62,792 nt of DNA from a bacterium (GCA_021785355.1 JAJYFR010000005.1:1-62792), one strand, 5' to 3'. Shown: positions 1-9,740, numbered from the stretch's first letter. The notes: generated by a model from the letters alone, not told the origin. Translations and numbers: made by a program.

Positions 1-1
1 T

Positions 2-85
2 CCTCATCATAAAGAAATAAAATCAGGAACAGTAAAGAGTATTATTAAACAATCAGGGATTGATGAAAAAGATTTTTTCAAATAA
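2..85 (+). CDS. hicA: HicA-family toxin, C-terminal fragment (5' end lies outside the window)
   Basis: Frame 2 reads PHHKEIKSGTVKSIIKQSGIDEKDFFK*. This resembles the conserved HicA/YcfA C-terminus (H-x-x-K-(D/E)-I-x-x-GT-x-x-x-I-x-KQ-(A/S)-G). Truncated by the window edge. Confidence 0.55.
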   Translation, partial: PHHKEIKSGTVKSIIKQSGIDEKDFFK

Positions 86-114
86 TTATATTATTTTTTT
101 CATTATATCTAACT

Positions 115-138
115 TAATAAGGGTTCTGACATCATCCA
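115..138. repeat. Direct repeat copy 1, TAAT(A/T)AGG(G/T)TTCTGACATCATCCA, upstream of the S51 peptidase gene
   Basis: TAATAAGGGTTCTGACATCATCCA at 115-138 matches 1012-1035 with 2 mismatches. The core AGGGTTC...CATCATCC also resembles the tRNA-like fragment at 62674-62696. Confidence 0.7.
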
Positions 139-288
139 TTTATACTGAAAATAGTCTAAAAGGGATATAATCCATCTAAGACAAAAGGGGATGTAGTATT
201 TGTCCATTAGGAGAGAGTAACTCTACCTATTAATCGTGAAAATATATTATGATAGAATAAATTAAACTTTTGTTATATAATCTAAAGT

Positions 289-918
289 ATGAAATATTAT
301 CTTTCTTCATATAAGTTAGGAAATGAGACAAATATATTAAAGGAATTAATTGATAATACCTCTAAAAAATTTGGATATATTCCTAATGCTTTAGATTTTA
401 CATCATCTGATCCTGTAAGAAAGAAATTACATACTGATAAAGATATGGAAGATTTAAAAAGTTTAGGAGCAGAAGTTGAATTACTAGATTTAAAAAATTT
501 TTTTGGAAAAGAATTAGACCTTAGTCTTAAATTGGAAAAGTTATCAGGAGTGTATGTTAGTGGAGGAAATTCTTTTATTCTAAGACAATCGATGTATCTA
601 AGTGGATTTGATAAAATCATATCTGAAATATCGAAAAATAAGACTGATTTTGTATATATTGCATATAGTGCTGGAGTATGTGTTCTTACTCCTTCTATGA
701 AGCCTTATGAAATTACCGATGATACTATAGATATGCCATATCCAGAAATTAAAGAACAAATATGGGAAGGAATAGGAATACTAAACTTTACATTTGAACC
801 ACATTATAAATCTAACCACCCTGAATCTGAAAGTATTGATAAAGGAATTCAGTATTGTATTGATAATAAAATCCTGTTTAAAGCCTATAGGGATGGAGAG
901 GTCTTAATAATTAAATAA
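289..918 (+). CDS. Peptidase S51 family (dipeptidase E-like)
   Basis: 209 aa. Contains the SGGNSFIL motif (GGNTF-like) and YSAGVCV (GxSAG-type nucleophile context), both typical of S51/PepE. Confidence 0.75.
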   Translation: MKYYLSSYKLGNETNILKELIDNTSKKFGYIPNALDFTSSDPVRKKLHTDKDMEDLKSLGAEVELLDLKNFFGKELDLSLKLEKLSGVYVSGGNSFILRQSMYLSGFDKIISEISKNKTDFVYIAYSAGVCVLTPSMKPYEITDDTIDMPYPEIKEQIWEGIGILNFTFEPHYKSNHPESESIDKGIQYCIDNKILFKAYRDGEVLIIK

Positions 919-1011
919 GATTTTATGAATGCAAGAAATTATTAAAATTACTATTTCATATAGAGAAGATAGGAGATTGAAGAGTAAGTACATAAGTATG
1001 ATATAAATTGA

Positions 1012-1035
1012 TAATTAGGTTTCTGACATCATCCA
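1012..1035. repeat. Direct repeat copy 2, downstream of the S51 peptidase gene
   Basis: TAATTAGGTTTCTGACATCATCCA matches 22 of 24 positions with 115-138. Confidence 0.7.
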
Positions 1036-1098
1036 CGATACCCAGCCAATTTGGTAACATATGACTACAGTAACTTCTTAGTTTCAAAAAACCCAATT

Positions 1099-1965
1099 TT
1101 ATACTTGAAATTCTCCTTGTTGAAATATATTATCTAATACCCAATCAAAATTTCCTGAAATTACTTTAGCTTTACAGTATTTACATTCACCAAATTCATT
1201 GATGTCTATAGGTGCTCCACAATTAGGACAAGTTTGTGCAAGAAAACCTTTAGAATAATCAGATAATACACTTTTTGATCTAATAAACTCCCAATATTCA
1301 GTGAATCTTCCATTTATAAACTTGTTTCCACTAACAACCTTTCCTGTATCTTTATTTACATCATAATCTTTCATTGATGCATCTATCTGTACAGTAAGAT
1401 ATTCGAAGTTATTATCGATACTACATTTAACTATCTTCAAACCTCCAATAGCTATATTTTCTAAAACATCTTGCTCATTTTTTTGTATTAATTCTGAAAT
1501 CTGAGTTTGTAATCTTGTATACATACTTTCAGTAAGATAAGCTTGAACAGGAGTTATATTTGAAGCAGTCCAAGCTTGTTGAAATTTAAAAAATAAACTT
1601 TGTACATGATCTAAAAATCTTTGTTTTGAAAAATTAGAATCAATTTCTGTTAACTGAGTTATGTTCGCTTCTTGAAAAAAAGGAATACCCATCGCTGATC
1701 CATTCTGTATTCCACTTATTCCTGTTGTAATTCCTGATGCAATATTCTTTTTTCTTAGAATAAGTACCATAATTATTATTAAAACAAATACAACAATAAA
1801 TATTATTGCTCCTAAAGTTGACATATGAGTAGTAGTTCCACTAGTAGTACCATAGTATCCACCATAATACCCTCCTCCAGAGGATAATCCTCCTCCTGAT
1901 GAAAAACCTCCAGACGAAAAACTACCTCCTCCTCCAAATCTTATTAAAGATACATATTTATTCAT
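1099..1965 (-). CDS. Tim44-like domain membrane protein with Gly-rich N-terminus and C-terminal zinc ribbon
   Basis: 288 aa. It has GGGGSFSSGGFSSGGG low complexity, one TM helix and a Tim44-like alpha/beta region, and ends with CPNCGAP...CKYCKAKV. Its start overlaps the stop of the upstream SPFH gene (ATGA). Confidence 0.6.
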   Translation of the reverse strand: MNKYVSLIRFGGGGSFSSGGFSSGGGLSSGGGYYGGYYGTTSGTTTHMSTLGAIIFIVVFVLIIIMVLILRKKNIASGITTGISGIQNGSAMGIPFFQEANITQLTEIDSNFSKQRFLDHVQSLFFKFQQAWTASNITPVQAYLTESMYTRLQTQISELIQKNEQDVLENIAIGGLKIVKCSIDNNFEYLTVQIDASMKDYDVNKDTGKVVSGNKFINGRFTEYWEFIRSKSVLSDYSKGFLAQTCPNCGAPIDINEFGECKYCKAKVISGNFDWVLDNIFQQGEFQV

Positions 1966-2915
1966 GATAGACTAGATCCACAATTAGAACAAAATTTTGC
2001 AGTTGCAAGATTCTGTGTTTGACAATTTTTACATACAATCATTGATTGTTGTTGTGCAGTATTATTTTGATTCATCATATTATTCATCATCCCAAAACCT
2101 ATTCCTGCAGCAATTCCTGCTCCTGCAACAGATGCATTACCTGATGAATTTTCTAAACCTGTTGCTGCTCCTAACTTTATTGCAGTATCTGCAAGATTAG
2201 GATTATTATTGTATGCAATATTTCTTCTCATTTCTTTTAGAGTTGTTTCATCTTCAGGTTTTAGAGTAACTGTTAAATTTCCTAACTGAGATATTTCTAT
2301 TCCATAATTTAGAAGGAACTCTGCTGTCTTTGGAATAATTTCAGAAGAAAGATCTTCTGTTTTAGATGCAATACCTAGAATATCCCATTTATCATTAGTT
2401 ATATGATTAGATATTATTTCTCTTGTAGCTTTAAGGAGTTGATCTTGACTCCAATTTGATATTTCATCATTAGAAATTAAGTTCTGAGTACCCACAAGAT
2501 TAAGTATTAATTTAGATGGATCATTTACTTTAAGTGCAAATTCTCCAAAAACTCTAAGTCCAACAGCTAGTGTAGTATCAGGGTCTATTACATTATCTAA
2601 AAATCCTCCAAAATTAAAATTAGGAAATTCTCTTATAGAAACAAAATATACATCAGATACTAAAACATTCCCTCCAGTTGCAGAATCAATCAAACCCCCT
2701 AAAAATGGTATATTTGCTCCATCTAATTTGTGTTGCCCTTGCTCTATTATTCCTGCTACTACACCTTGTTTTATAAATAAACATACTTCATCAGGTTGTA
2801 CAGTTAATACTGAAAGCATCCTTATATTATTATCAAGATACTTATATACTATCTGATCCTTACTATTATCAGGTCTAGATATAAATTGTGCTTGTATTGG
2901 ATTAAATAATGACAT
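1962..2915 (-). CDS. SPFH/Band-7 domain protein (virion-core-like subgroup) with C-terminal zinc ribbon
   Basis: 317 aa. The N-terminal SPFH-like fold pattern (QFISRPD...VCLFIKQG) is followed by a Gly/Ala/Asn-rich linker and then CKNCQTQN...CSNCGSSL. Confidence 0.6.
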   Translation of the reverse strand: MSLFNPIQAQFISRPDNSKDQIVYKYLDNNIRMLSVLTVQPDEVCLFIKQGVVAGIIEQGQHKLDGANIPFLGGLIDSATGGNVLVSDVYFVSIREFPNFNFGGFLDNVIDPDTTLAVGLRVFGEFALKVNDPSKLILNLVGTQNLISNDEISNWSQDQLLKATREIISNHITNDKWDILGIASKTEDLSSEIIPKTAEFLLNYGIEISQLGNLTVTLKPEDETTLKEMRRNIAYNNNPNLADTAIKLGAATGLENSSGNASVAGAGIAAGIGFGMMNNMMNQNNTAQQQSMIVCKNCQTQNLATAKFCSNCGSSLS

Positions 2916-3267
2916 ATTTAAATATTTTATACATAAATTTAAATACGAATATACAATAAATTAATACAAAATACAACAAACTAAAAACTGTTAAAATATT
3001 ACAAAATTAGTACTATATCAATCTTAAAAAAGAGAACTTATTAATTATATTGTTATCTTTTTAACAAACTTCTATAATGTATGCTATTAATTATTTTATA
3101 AAAGATATAAAGTTATAAAGAATATGAAAAAATATTCAAGAAGCAATATTACTTTATTTAGAAAAAACAAATAAATTACAAACAAAACAATAAATTTTAT
3201 AAATAATCTTAAATTTAATAACATTAATATTTTTAGAAGATTATAATAAACATCACTATAAGTAATT

Positions 3268-3765
3268 ATGAATGAAGTTAAAATGGAATGGTATAGTTCT
3301 GATAAAATACTTATAGAGCATGAAAATTTATTATACAAACAAGTATATTGCTGGATTATATCTAAAAATAATTTATTACCTTTAGTTTCTAAAGATAATA
3401 AATATTGGCAATTTCCAGGAGGACATCCTGAAAAAAATGAGACAATACTGGAAACCTGCTATAGAGAAATAAAAGAGGAAACAGGTTTAAATTTAGAACA
3501 TACTATTCCTAAATTTTTTGGATACTATCGAGTAGAAGAATTCAATCCTACAATAAATAAAATGGATGTATATTTACAATTAAGACTATTTACTAAATTA
3601 GATAAATTTAGTACAGAATTAGAACTAAATGTTAATGAAAAGATAGATGAAGAAAGAAAAGTTTTTTATACAAAATGGTTTACTCTAATAGATTTAATAA
3701 ACACAGTTCCTTGGGTTGAAAATTCAGAAGAATTTAACACTTTCAAAAAAAGAATATTTATATAA
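3268..3765 (+). CDS. NUDIX hydrolase
   Basis: Nudix box GGHPEKNETILETCYREIKEETGL (GX5EX7REUXEEXGU). Confidence 0.8.
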   Translation: MNEVKMEWYSSDKILIEHENLLYKQVYCWIISKNNLLPLVSKDNKYWQFPGGHPEKNETILETCYREIKEETGLNLEHTIPKFFGYYRVEEFNPTINKMDVYLQLRLFTKLDKFSTELELNVNEKIDEERKVFYTKWFTLIDLINTVPWVENSEEFNTFKKRIFI

Positions 3766-3798
3766 AATAAATAATTCCTATGTTACAATATAGTTATT

Positions 3799-4572
3799 AT
3801 GGCAATGCCAAATGAATTAGTCTTAGTAAGACATGGACATTCTGAAGGAAACTTAGCTGTAGAGAAATCTAGGGAAGGTAATGATGGGTTATATACTTCT
3901 GAATTTAGAGAGAAACCTGCACATCGTTGGAAATTAACAGAAGAAGGACAGAAACAGTCAAAAATTACAGGAAAATGGATACTGAAAAATATAAGCAATA
4001 AATTTGATAGATACTATGTCTCTCCTTTTTCCAGAACATGTGAAACTGCAGGCTTATTAGGATTACCTAATGCTGAGTGGAGAATAGATCAACGACTTCG
4101 AGAAAGAGATTGGGGAGATATAGGAACACTTCCACACTCAGAGTTTAGAGATATATATCCTCAAAATGCAATAATAAAAAGAGTTGATCGTTTATATTGG
4201 AGACCTCCTGGAGGAGAATCTATAGCAGATGTAAGACAAAGAGTTAGAGATTTTTTTGATACATTACACAGAGAGTGTGATGGTATGAGAGTTATAGTAG
4301 TTACTCATGGAGAATTCATGTGGGCTATAAGAGCAGAACTTGAATATATAAATGATAAAGATTTTATCATAGCGGATGAAAACCCTTCTTTAAAAATCTA
4401 TAATACTCATATATTACAGTATTCTAGAAAGGATCCTATATCTGGAATGTATGGAGATTATTTAGATTGGACAAGAAATATTTGTCCTTGGATGAATAAT
4501 AATGAAATTTCATGGACAAAAATCAAGCGTAAAAAATATAGTAACAAAGATTTAATTAATCTATCTATATAA
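3799..4572 (+). CDS. Histidine phosphatase family protein (phosphoglycerate-mutase-like)
   Basis: The LVLVRHGHSEGN motif (RHG catalytic His) lies near the N-terminus, with a later VTHGEF motif. Confidence 0.8.
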   Translation: MAMPNELVLVRHGHSEGNLAVEKSREGNDGLYTSEFREKPAHRWKLTEEGQKQSKITGKWILKNISNKFDRYYVSPFSRTCETAGLLGLPNAEWRIDQRLRERDWGDIGTLPHSEFRDIYPQNAIIKRVDRLYWRPPGGESIADVRQRVRDFFDTLHRECDGMRVIVVTHGEFMWAIRAELEYINDKDFIIADENPSLKIYNTHILQYSRKDPISGMYGDYLDWTRNICPWMNNNEISWTKIKRKKYSNKDLINLSI

Positions 4573-4602
4573 AAAATATTAATAGGGATATATAATACAA
4601 AA

Positions 4603-5268
4603 ATGAAATACTCAAAAAACATTATATACACTCTACTTGTTATAATTGTTATTACAATTATTTATTTCATATTTCCTAAAAAAAATAATATACCCTCAAA
4701 AAATCTAACATCAACAAAGGTAAAAACATCTTTAATAGGACAAAATCCAATATTAAATTTATCGAAACTTACATCATTAAAAAATTATACTTTTAGTTTT
4801 ACAGATAATTCATTAACAATGACAGGAGTAGTATATTCAAAAAATAATTGGAGTTTACAGAAACCTTTTCAGGAATATCATGTAAATGGTTATATATACA
4901 CAAAACTTGCTAATACTTGGTATAGACAAAATGAAGCTTTAAATAATTATGCACATTCCCCATATATTTCTAGTGCTGAACAATTCATAGGATACAAAAA
5001 TGTTTATGGAATAAAATTGCAAGAAGGAAAATCTTGTACAATTGCAGGAGTTAAAGGTCATTTATGGATATTCAAATCACCTAGTAATGGAGGTTTATTA
5101 AATGAAGTAGCATCTTCTTGTATATCTAATAAAGGTTATATGTTATCTGAATATATAGGAGCTCAAGGTTCTGCAATAAATGGGAAGAAATATACCAGCT
5201 CATTTATAATTCAAAGTATTGGTGATACAAAAGCATATATACCACCTACTTCTTTTAAAATAGATTAA
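4603..5268 (+). CDS. Hypothetical membrane-anchored or secreted protein
   Basis: 221 aa with an N-terminal hydrophobic helix (IIYTLLVIIVITIIYFIF). No family recognised. Confidence 0.6.
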   Translation: MKYSKNIIYTLLVIIVITIIYFIFPKKNNIPSKNLTSTKVKTSLIGQNPILNLSKLTSLKNYTFSFTDNSLTMTGVVYSKNNWSLQKPFQEYHVNGYIYTKLANTWYRQNEALNNYAHSPYISSAEQFIGYKNVYGIKLQEGKSCTIAGVKGHLWIFKSPSNGGLLNEVASSCISNKGYMLSEYIGAQGSAINGKKYTSSFIIQSIGDTKAYIPPTSFKID

Positions 5269-5287
5269 TTGTATTATAATAATTTAA

Positions 5288-5623
5288 ATGGCTAAAAATA
5301 TAAATCAAACACACAAAGATTCTCTAACACATCTTGATAAGATAGCTTTATTTATTACCACTATAGTAGGTACAATGTATTGTGCATTTATATTTGCAAT
5401 AATCGCATTTGCAGGATTCCCATTTAAAGGTGCTACTCCACTACAGTACGTTTTATGGACATCTACTATATTTCTTCAATTAGTACTTCTTCCTATTATT
5501 CTTGTTGGTCAAAATTTACAAAATAGACATTCTCAACTTTTAGCAGAACAAATGTATAAGATAGAAATGCATAACGAAAAACTTCTTGAAGAATTAGAAC
5601 AAATAAAAAATAATCAAAAATAA
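5288..5623 (+). CDS. Small two-TM membrane protein (possibly DUF1003-like)
   Basis: 111 aa with two hydrophobic helices. LVGQNLQNRH resembles the SQNRQ segment of DUF1003 proteins; this is recalled from memory and unverified. Confidence 0.5.
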   Translation: MAKNINQTHKDSLTHLDKIALFITTIVGTMYCAFIFAIIAFAGFPFKGATPLQYVLWTSTIFLQLVLLPIILVGQNLQNRHSQLLAEQMYKIEMHNEKLLEELEQIKNNQK

Positions 5624-5634
5624 ATATTTTTTTT

Positions 5635-5994
5635 ATGAATAATATAAATTGGAATCCTCCTACTATCAGTAAAAGAGATATGATAATGGATTCATATAGG
5701 AAATCTAGAGGTGGAAATGCTGAAATGATAACTATTTATTGTATGACATGTAATTCTCCTATTTTATTCTATCAAAAAGACGGTAAAGGAAACTTATATA
5801 GATGCTATATAGACAGAATAATATATCCTTATCATTTCAAAGATTTTTTAAAATATTCAATAAAAAATATTCCTCAATTAAAATGTATTGTGTGTGATAA
5901 TAGTATCGCAACACCTATGATTTATAAAAAAGAAAAAAGACTTGCTTTTGGATTATTTAATAGTAAATTTTATAAAAGAAAAAATAAAATATAA
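5635..5994 (+). CDS. Hypothetical Cys-pair (zinc-ribbon-like) protein
   Basis: 119 aa. Contains CMTC...C and CIVC cysteine pairs and a basic C-terminus. Confidence 0.5.
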   Translation: MNNINWNPPTISKRDMIMDSYRKSRGGNAEMITIYCMTCNSPILFYQKDGKGNLYRCYIDRIIYPYHFKDFLKYSIKNIPQLKCIVCDNSIATPMIYKKEKRLAFGLFNSKFYKRKNKI

Positions 5995-6014
5995 AGTATT
6001 GAACATTTATAGAT

Positions 6015-7241
6015 TCATTCATATCTAAGAGCTTCAATAGGAGATAATCTTGAAGCTTTATATGCAGGAAAAATACCAAATATAAGCCCTATTGTAATTG
6101 AAACTGTAATTGAAAGTATAATTGCTAATGAAGATATAATAAAAGGCACTTTTATTATATAAGAGGCCACTACATAATCAAGAAATATTCCAATAAAAAC
6201 ACCTATAAATCCTCCTATAATAGTTATTAGAATAGCTTCTACTAAAAATTGATATAATATATCACTATTTTTTGCACCAACAGCTTTTCTTAATCCTATC
6301 TCCCTAGTTCTTTCTGTTACAGAAACAAGCATTATATTCATAATTCCTATTCCTCCTACGATAAGAGATATACCTGCAATTCCTCCTAGTAAAAGTGTGA
6401 AGGTCCCTGTTATGGTATTTAGTGTTGTAAGTATCTGAGTTTGATTAGTAATATTAAAATTAGCTTGATTTACATTTGTAATTCCTTGCACTCTCATTAA
6501 AGTATTTTCTACTTCAGCTGTAGCCTCATTCATAACACTAGCACTACTTGCTTGTAATGTTATTGAACTGTATCCTACATTTCCAAATAATTCTGACTGT
6601 GCAGTACTAATAGGTATTGCAACTTGATTATCTTGATTAAAAGAACCTCCTGTAGATCCCTTAGATTGAGTAATACCAATTACAGTAAAAGATCTATTTC
6701 CAATAGTAACAGATTTTCCCATTGGATTCGAATTTGGAAAAAGCTCACTTGCAACAGTAGGACCCAATACAATTACAGGTAAATTATATTTTATATCAGG
6801 TTCTGTAATAAAAGATCCTTTTTCCATTGTAATATTATTTACTATTTGTGCCGATGGAGTGACACCCTCTATTAATGTAACTGCATTTTGACTTTTATAT
6901 ATAAGCTCTCCTGATTTACTAATAACAGGAGAAATGGCTATAACATCAGGTGTATTATTTTGAGAACTAAGTGCTACTACATCATTCTGATTAAGAGTAT
7001 TTGCAGTTCCTATTCCTTGTCTAACATTACCAACTTTAGCATTTCCAGACGTTACTATAATAAGATTCGATCCAAGATTCTGAATATTTTGAGTAATTTT
7101 AGACTGAGTACCCTGACCAACAGATATTAAAGCTATAACAGAAGCTATCCCTATAATAATACCAAGTGCTGATAATATAGTTCGTCCTAGATTAATAGTC
7201 AGAGAATGAATAGATGTATAAAGTAATTTTTTGAATGTCAT
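6015..7241 (-). CDS. ABC transporter permease, MacB/FtsX family
   Basis: 408 aa. It has an N-terminal TM helix, a large extracytoplasmic domain and three C-terminal TM helices with a typical FtsX-family end (AYKASRLSPIEALRYE). Confidence 0.85.
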   Translation of the reverse strand: MTFKKLLYTSIHSLTINLGRTILSALGIIIGIASVIALISVGQGTQSKITQNIQNLGSNLIIVTSGNAKVGNVRQGIGTANTLNQNDVVALSSQNNTPDVIAISPVISKSGELIYKSQNAVTLIEGVTPSAQIVNNITMEKGSFITEPDIKYNLPVIVLGPTVASELFPNSNPMGKSVTIGNRSFTVIGITQSKGSTGGSFNQDNQVAIPISTAQSELFGNVGYSSITLQASSASVMNEATAEVENTLMRVQGITNVNQANFNITNQTQILTTLNTITGTFTLLLGGIAGISLIVGGIGIMNIMLVSVTERTREIGLRKAVGAKNSDILYQFLVEAILITIIGGFIGVFIGIFLDYVVASYIIKVPFIISSLAIILSITVSITIGLIFGIFPAYKASRLSPIEALRYE

Positions 7242-7927
7242 ATTCTTTGTTGTTTTATAATTTTATCTTCAATTAATACTCCGTCTTTAAGCATAATTTT
7301 TCTTTTTGCTCTATTTCCTATATCTTCCTCATGTGTAACTATTACTATTGAGTGACCTTCATCATTTAGATCTTGTAGAATTTTTATAATTTCTAGTGTT
7401 GATTTTGAATCCACATTACCTGTAGGTTCATCTGCTAATATTAAAGTTGGTTCTTGCGCTAATGCTCTTGCTATAGCAACTCTTTGTTGTTGCCCTCCAG
7501 ATATTTGATTTGTTTTAAAATATGCACGTTTATCTATTCCTAATTTTTTGAGAATTTCCATTGCTTTTTTCTCTGCAATATCAGTATTCTCACCTCTATA
7601 CAGAAGAGGTAATATAACATTCTCTATTACAGTAGTGCGAGGGAGAAGGTTAAATGCTTGGAATACAAAACCTATATATTTATTTCTTACAGATGAAAGT
7701 TCTCTTTCTTTTATATCTATAGTATTTACTCCGTCTAGTATATATTCTCCTCTTGTGGGTTTATCCAAAAGTCCCATTATATGCATTAGTGATGATTTTC
7801 CTGAACCTGAAGCTCCCATAATACTTACATATTCACCTGATTCTATTTGAAGATTAATATTGTTAAGAGCAATAACTTCATTTTCTACATCACCATATAT
7901 TTTATATATATCTTTTAGTTTAATCAT
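7238..7927 (-). CDS. ABC transporter ATP-binding protein (MacB/LolD-like)
   Basis: Walker [10 protein letters not shown], signature [14 protein letters not shown] and Walker B ILADEPTG. Confidence 0.9.
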   Translation of the reverse strand: MIKLKDIYKIYGDVENEVIALNNINLQIESGEYVSIMGASGSGKSSLMHIMGLLDKPTRGEYILDGVNTIDIKERELSSVRNKYIGFVFQAFNLLPRTTVIENVILPLLYRGENTDIAEKKAMEILKKLGIDKRAYFKTNQISGGQQQRVAIARALAQEPTLILADEPTGNVDSKSTLEIIKILQDLNDEGHSIVIVTHEEDIGNRAKRKIMLKDGVLIEDKIIKQQRI

Positions 7928-9243
7928 AATCCTAACTGTTTACCCAGTCCTTTTGCCTTCCCTCCTATATTTTTTGTACTAGAAGACTTTATATGGAATG
8001 AACTATTCCCATTTATAACAATTTTATTTCCTAAAGAAAGTCCACTTACTATTTGTGTATAATATATATTACTAATTCCTGTTTTAACAAATCTTCTTAT
8101 CTGGTGACCTTTTTGATCAAGTATTACAAACGGTTGTCCTTGTGTTGTATAAATTAGTGCAGAATTTGGTATTAATAAAACATTATTAGCACTCTTAGTT
8201 ATTATGTTTACATTCGCACTCATTCCAAGTTTAATTCCAGAAGGAGCATTGTGAATACTTATAGTTACACCGTAATTTACTACATTTTGTATAATAGTAG
8301 ATGATGGCTCAATTGATGTTACAACTCCTCTAAATGTTTGATTTGGATAAGCAGTTAAAGTTATACTTACATTTTGTCCAATAGATACACTTGCTATTGA
8401 ACTTTCATCCACATATGCAAATATTTGAGCAGATGATGTATCTGCAATAGTAATAAATGAATTACCTGCAACATTTGATATACCACTTTGTGCAGAAGAA
8501 ATTCCTTTAGAACCTCCTTGAGAAGAAGCACCTACTTGCTCATTTGGTGCTATAGAAGAAAGAAATATAACAGTTCCTGAAATAGGAGATATAAGTGTTG
8601 CTTGAGAAAGATTATTCTGTGCTTGCTCTAAATTTATATATGCATTATTTTTAGCATCTATAAGTGGAGCAAGGTTATAGTAGAGAGGTTCTTGTTGAGC
8701 ATTTACAAGATTTTGTTGATCATTTTGCACTAAAGTATTATCAGTCTGTACTTTTGCTAGTATTGATGAATAATTAGGTGATGTAGTTGAAGTAGATTGA
8801 AGTGTTATTTGGTCTGCATTTAAAGTAGATTCTGCTTGATTTAGAACATTTTGAGCATTTTGTACATCTTGGGAAGCTTGTCCATAAAGAGCATTTATTT
8901 TTTGTTGAGCTATATCATAATTATTTTGAGCTATTTGAACATTTTGAGAAAGAATAGTTGTATCTAAAGTTGCTAATTTTTCTCCTATTTGTACATTTTG
9001 ACCATCTTTAACATATACTTGTGCTAGTTTTCCAGATATAGGGAAATTTAACTCTGTCATATTACCAAAAACTACATTTCCGACGGAAGAAACATTTTGA
9101 GTTATACTACCAGTTTTAATTGTATATAATTTAATGGTTTTTTGTTTTGTTATTACAAAAGAGTTATATATAAAATATATTACTCCTAAGACAATAATTG
9201 CTAATACTATTTTTGCAATAAGACTTTTTTTTATTATTTTCAT
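7924..9243 (-). CDS. HlyD/MacA-type membrane fusion (periplasmic adaptor) protein
   Basis: 439 aa. It has an N-terminal TM helix, a lipoyl-like segment (GQNVQIGEKLATLD), a long Q/N-rich coiled coil and a beta-barrel C-terminus. It overlaps both neighbouring genes. Confidence 0.8.
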   Translation of the reverse strand: MKIIKKSLIAKIVLAIIVLGVIYFIYNSFVITKQKTIKLYTIKTGSITQNVSSVGNVVFGNMTELNFPISGKLAQVYVKDGQNVQIGEKLATLDTTILSQNVQIAQNNYDIAQQKINALYGQASQDVQNAQNVLNQAESTLNADQITLQSTSTTSPNYSSILAKVQTDNTLVQNDQQNLVNAQQEPLYYNLAPLIDAKNNAYINLEQAQNNLSQATLISPISGTVIFLSSIAPNEQVGASSQGGSKGISSAQSGISNVAGNSFITIADTSSAQIFAYVDESSIASVSIGQNVSITLTAYPNQTFRGVVTSIEPSSTIIQNVVNYGVTISIHNAPSGIKLGMSANVNIITKSANNVLLIPNSALIYTTQGQPFVILDQKGHQIRRFVKTGISNIYYTQIVSGLSLGNKIVINGNSSFHIKSSSTKNIGGKAKGLGKQLGL

Positions 9244-9611
9244 TATATTACTATTATAAATTTAGCTATAATACCGTTTTTAGAATGTAGACCAATAACA
9301 CTTATTGTTACTCCATTTTGTAAAGTACTCACATTCTCTAAACTATTACCTCTATATATTTTTGTATTTTTATTTATATTTATATTTGTACCATTAATAG
9401 TGATACTCTTTGCAGTTATATTACTTATATTACCTTCTTCTTGTATAAATACAGTAGGTTTTGTTTTTCCTTTAGATGAAATAGTACTACTACTTACATT
9501 TCGTTTACCTTTATGATGTAATACTTTATGAGGTATTAAATAGCCTATTATTCCAAATATAATAGCTACAATTATTAAAATAATAATGTTCCTTATTTTT
9601 TGATTTTTCAT
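9243..9611 (-). CDS. Single-pass membrane protein with beta-rich C-terminal domain; paralog of 44340-44798
   Basis: 122 aa. The C-terminus NISNITAKSITING...KTKIY...IAKFIIVI aligns with NISNNSITINN...KTSIY...IARFVIVIK of 44340-44798. It is the first gene of the efflux operon. Confidence 0.65.
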   Translation of the reverse strand: MKNQKIRNIIILIIVAIIFGIIGYLIPHKVLHHKGKRNVSSSTISSKGKTKPTVFIQEEGNISNITAKSITINGTNININKNTKIYRGNSLENVSTLQNGVTISVIGLHSKNGIIAKFIIVI

Positions 9612-9646
9612 AATATATATTATAATAAAGTTATCTTTAGATATTA

Positions 9647-9674
9647 ATACAATATTTTATATAAAAATGTTTCA
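9647..9674 (-). promoter_or_regulatory. ECF-type promoter candidate, TGAAAC-N17-TGTAT
   Basis: The minus strand reads TGAAAC ATTTTTATATAAAATAT TGTAT. It ends 35 nt upstream of the ATG at 9611. The same architecture occurs at 17609, 17643, 44248 and 44279. Confidence 0.6.
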
Positions 9675-9740
9675 AAAAATATTTAAATACTTTTTCATAC
9701 TATAGATTTTACCCATATATAGCCTTATAGTACTACACTA

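Noticed and set aside
297-620. Antisense or shadow ORFs in the ORF track. Examples: 297-620(-), 1997-2200(+), 7548-7850(+), 12644-12841(-), 13138-13530(-), 16192-16416(+), 23231-23597(+), 24134-24376(-), 32639-32968(-), 42330-42512(-), 42791-43045(-), 47649-47861(-), 48305-48842(-) and 56202-56507(-).
   Set aside because: Each lies fully inside a longer ORF on the opposite strand or in another frame that has clear family motifs. Their translations are low-complexity F/I/L/S-rich, as expected for frame shadows in AT-rich DNA.
1064-1086. GTTTCA (TGAAAC on the minus strand) in the intergenic region after the S51 peptidase gene.
   Set aside because: No TGTAT lies at N17 (the sequence there reads CATAT), and there is no minus-strand gene downstream of it.
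3096-3338. 80-aa ORF on the minus strand in the 352-bp AT-rich gap between the SPFH and Nudix genes.
   Set aside because: It is extremely I/L/F/Y-rich, has no SD and overlaps the start of the Nudix gene. It is most likely non-coding promoter DNA. I also looked for DnaA-box-like TTATCCACA sequences there and found none.
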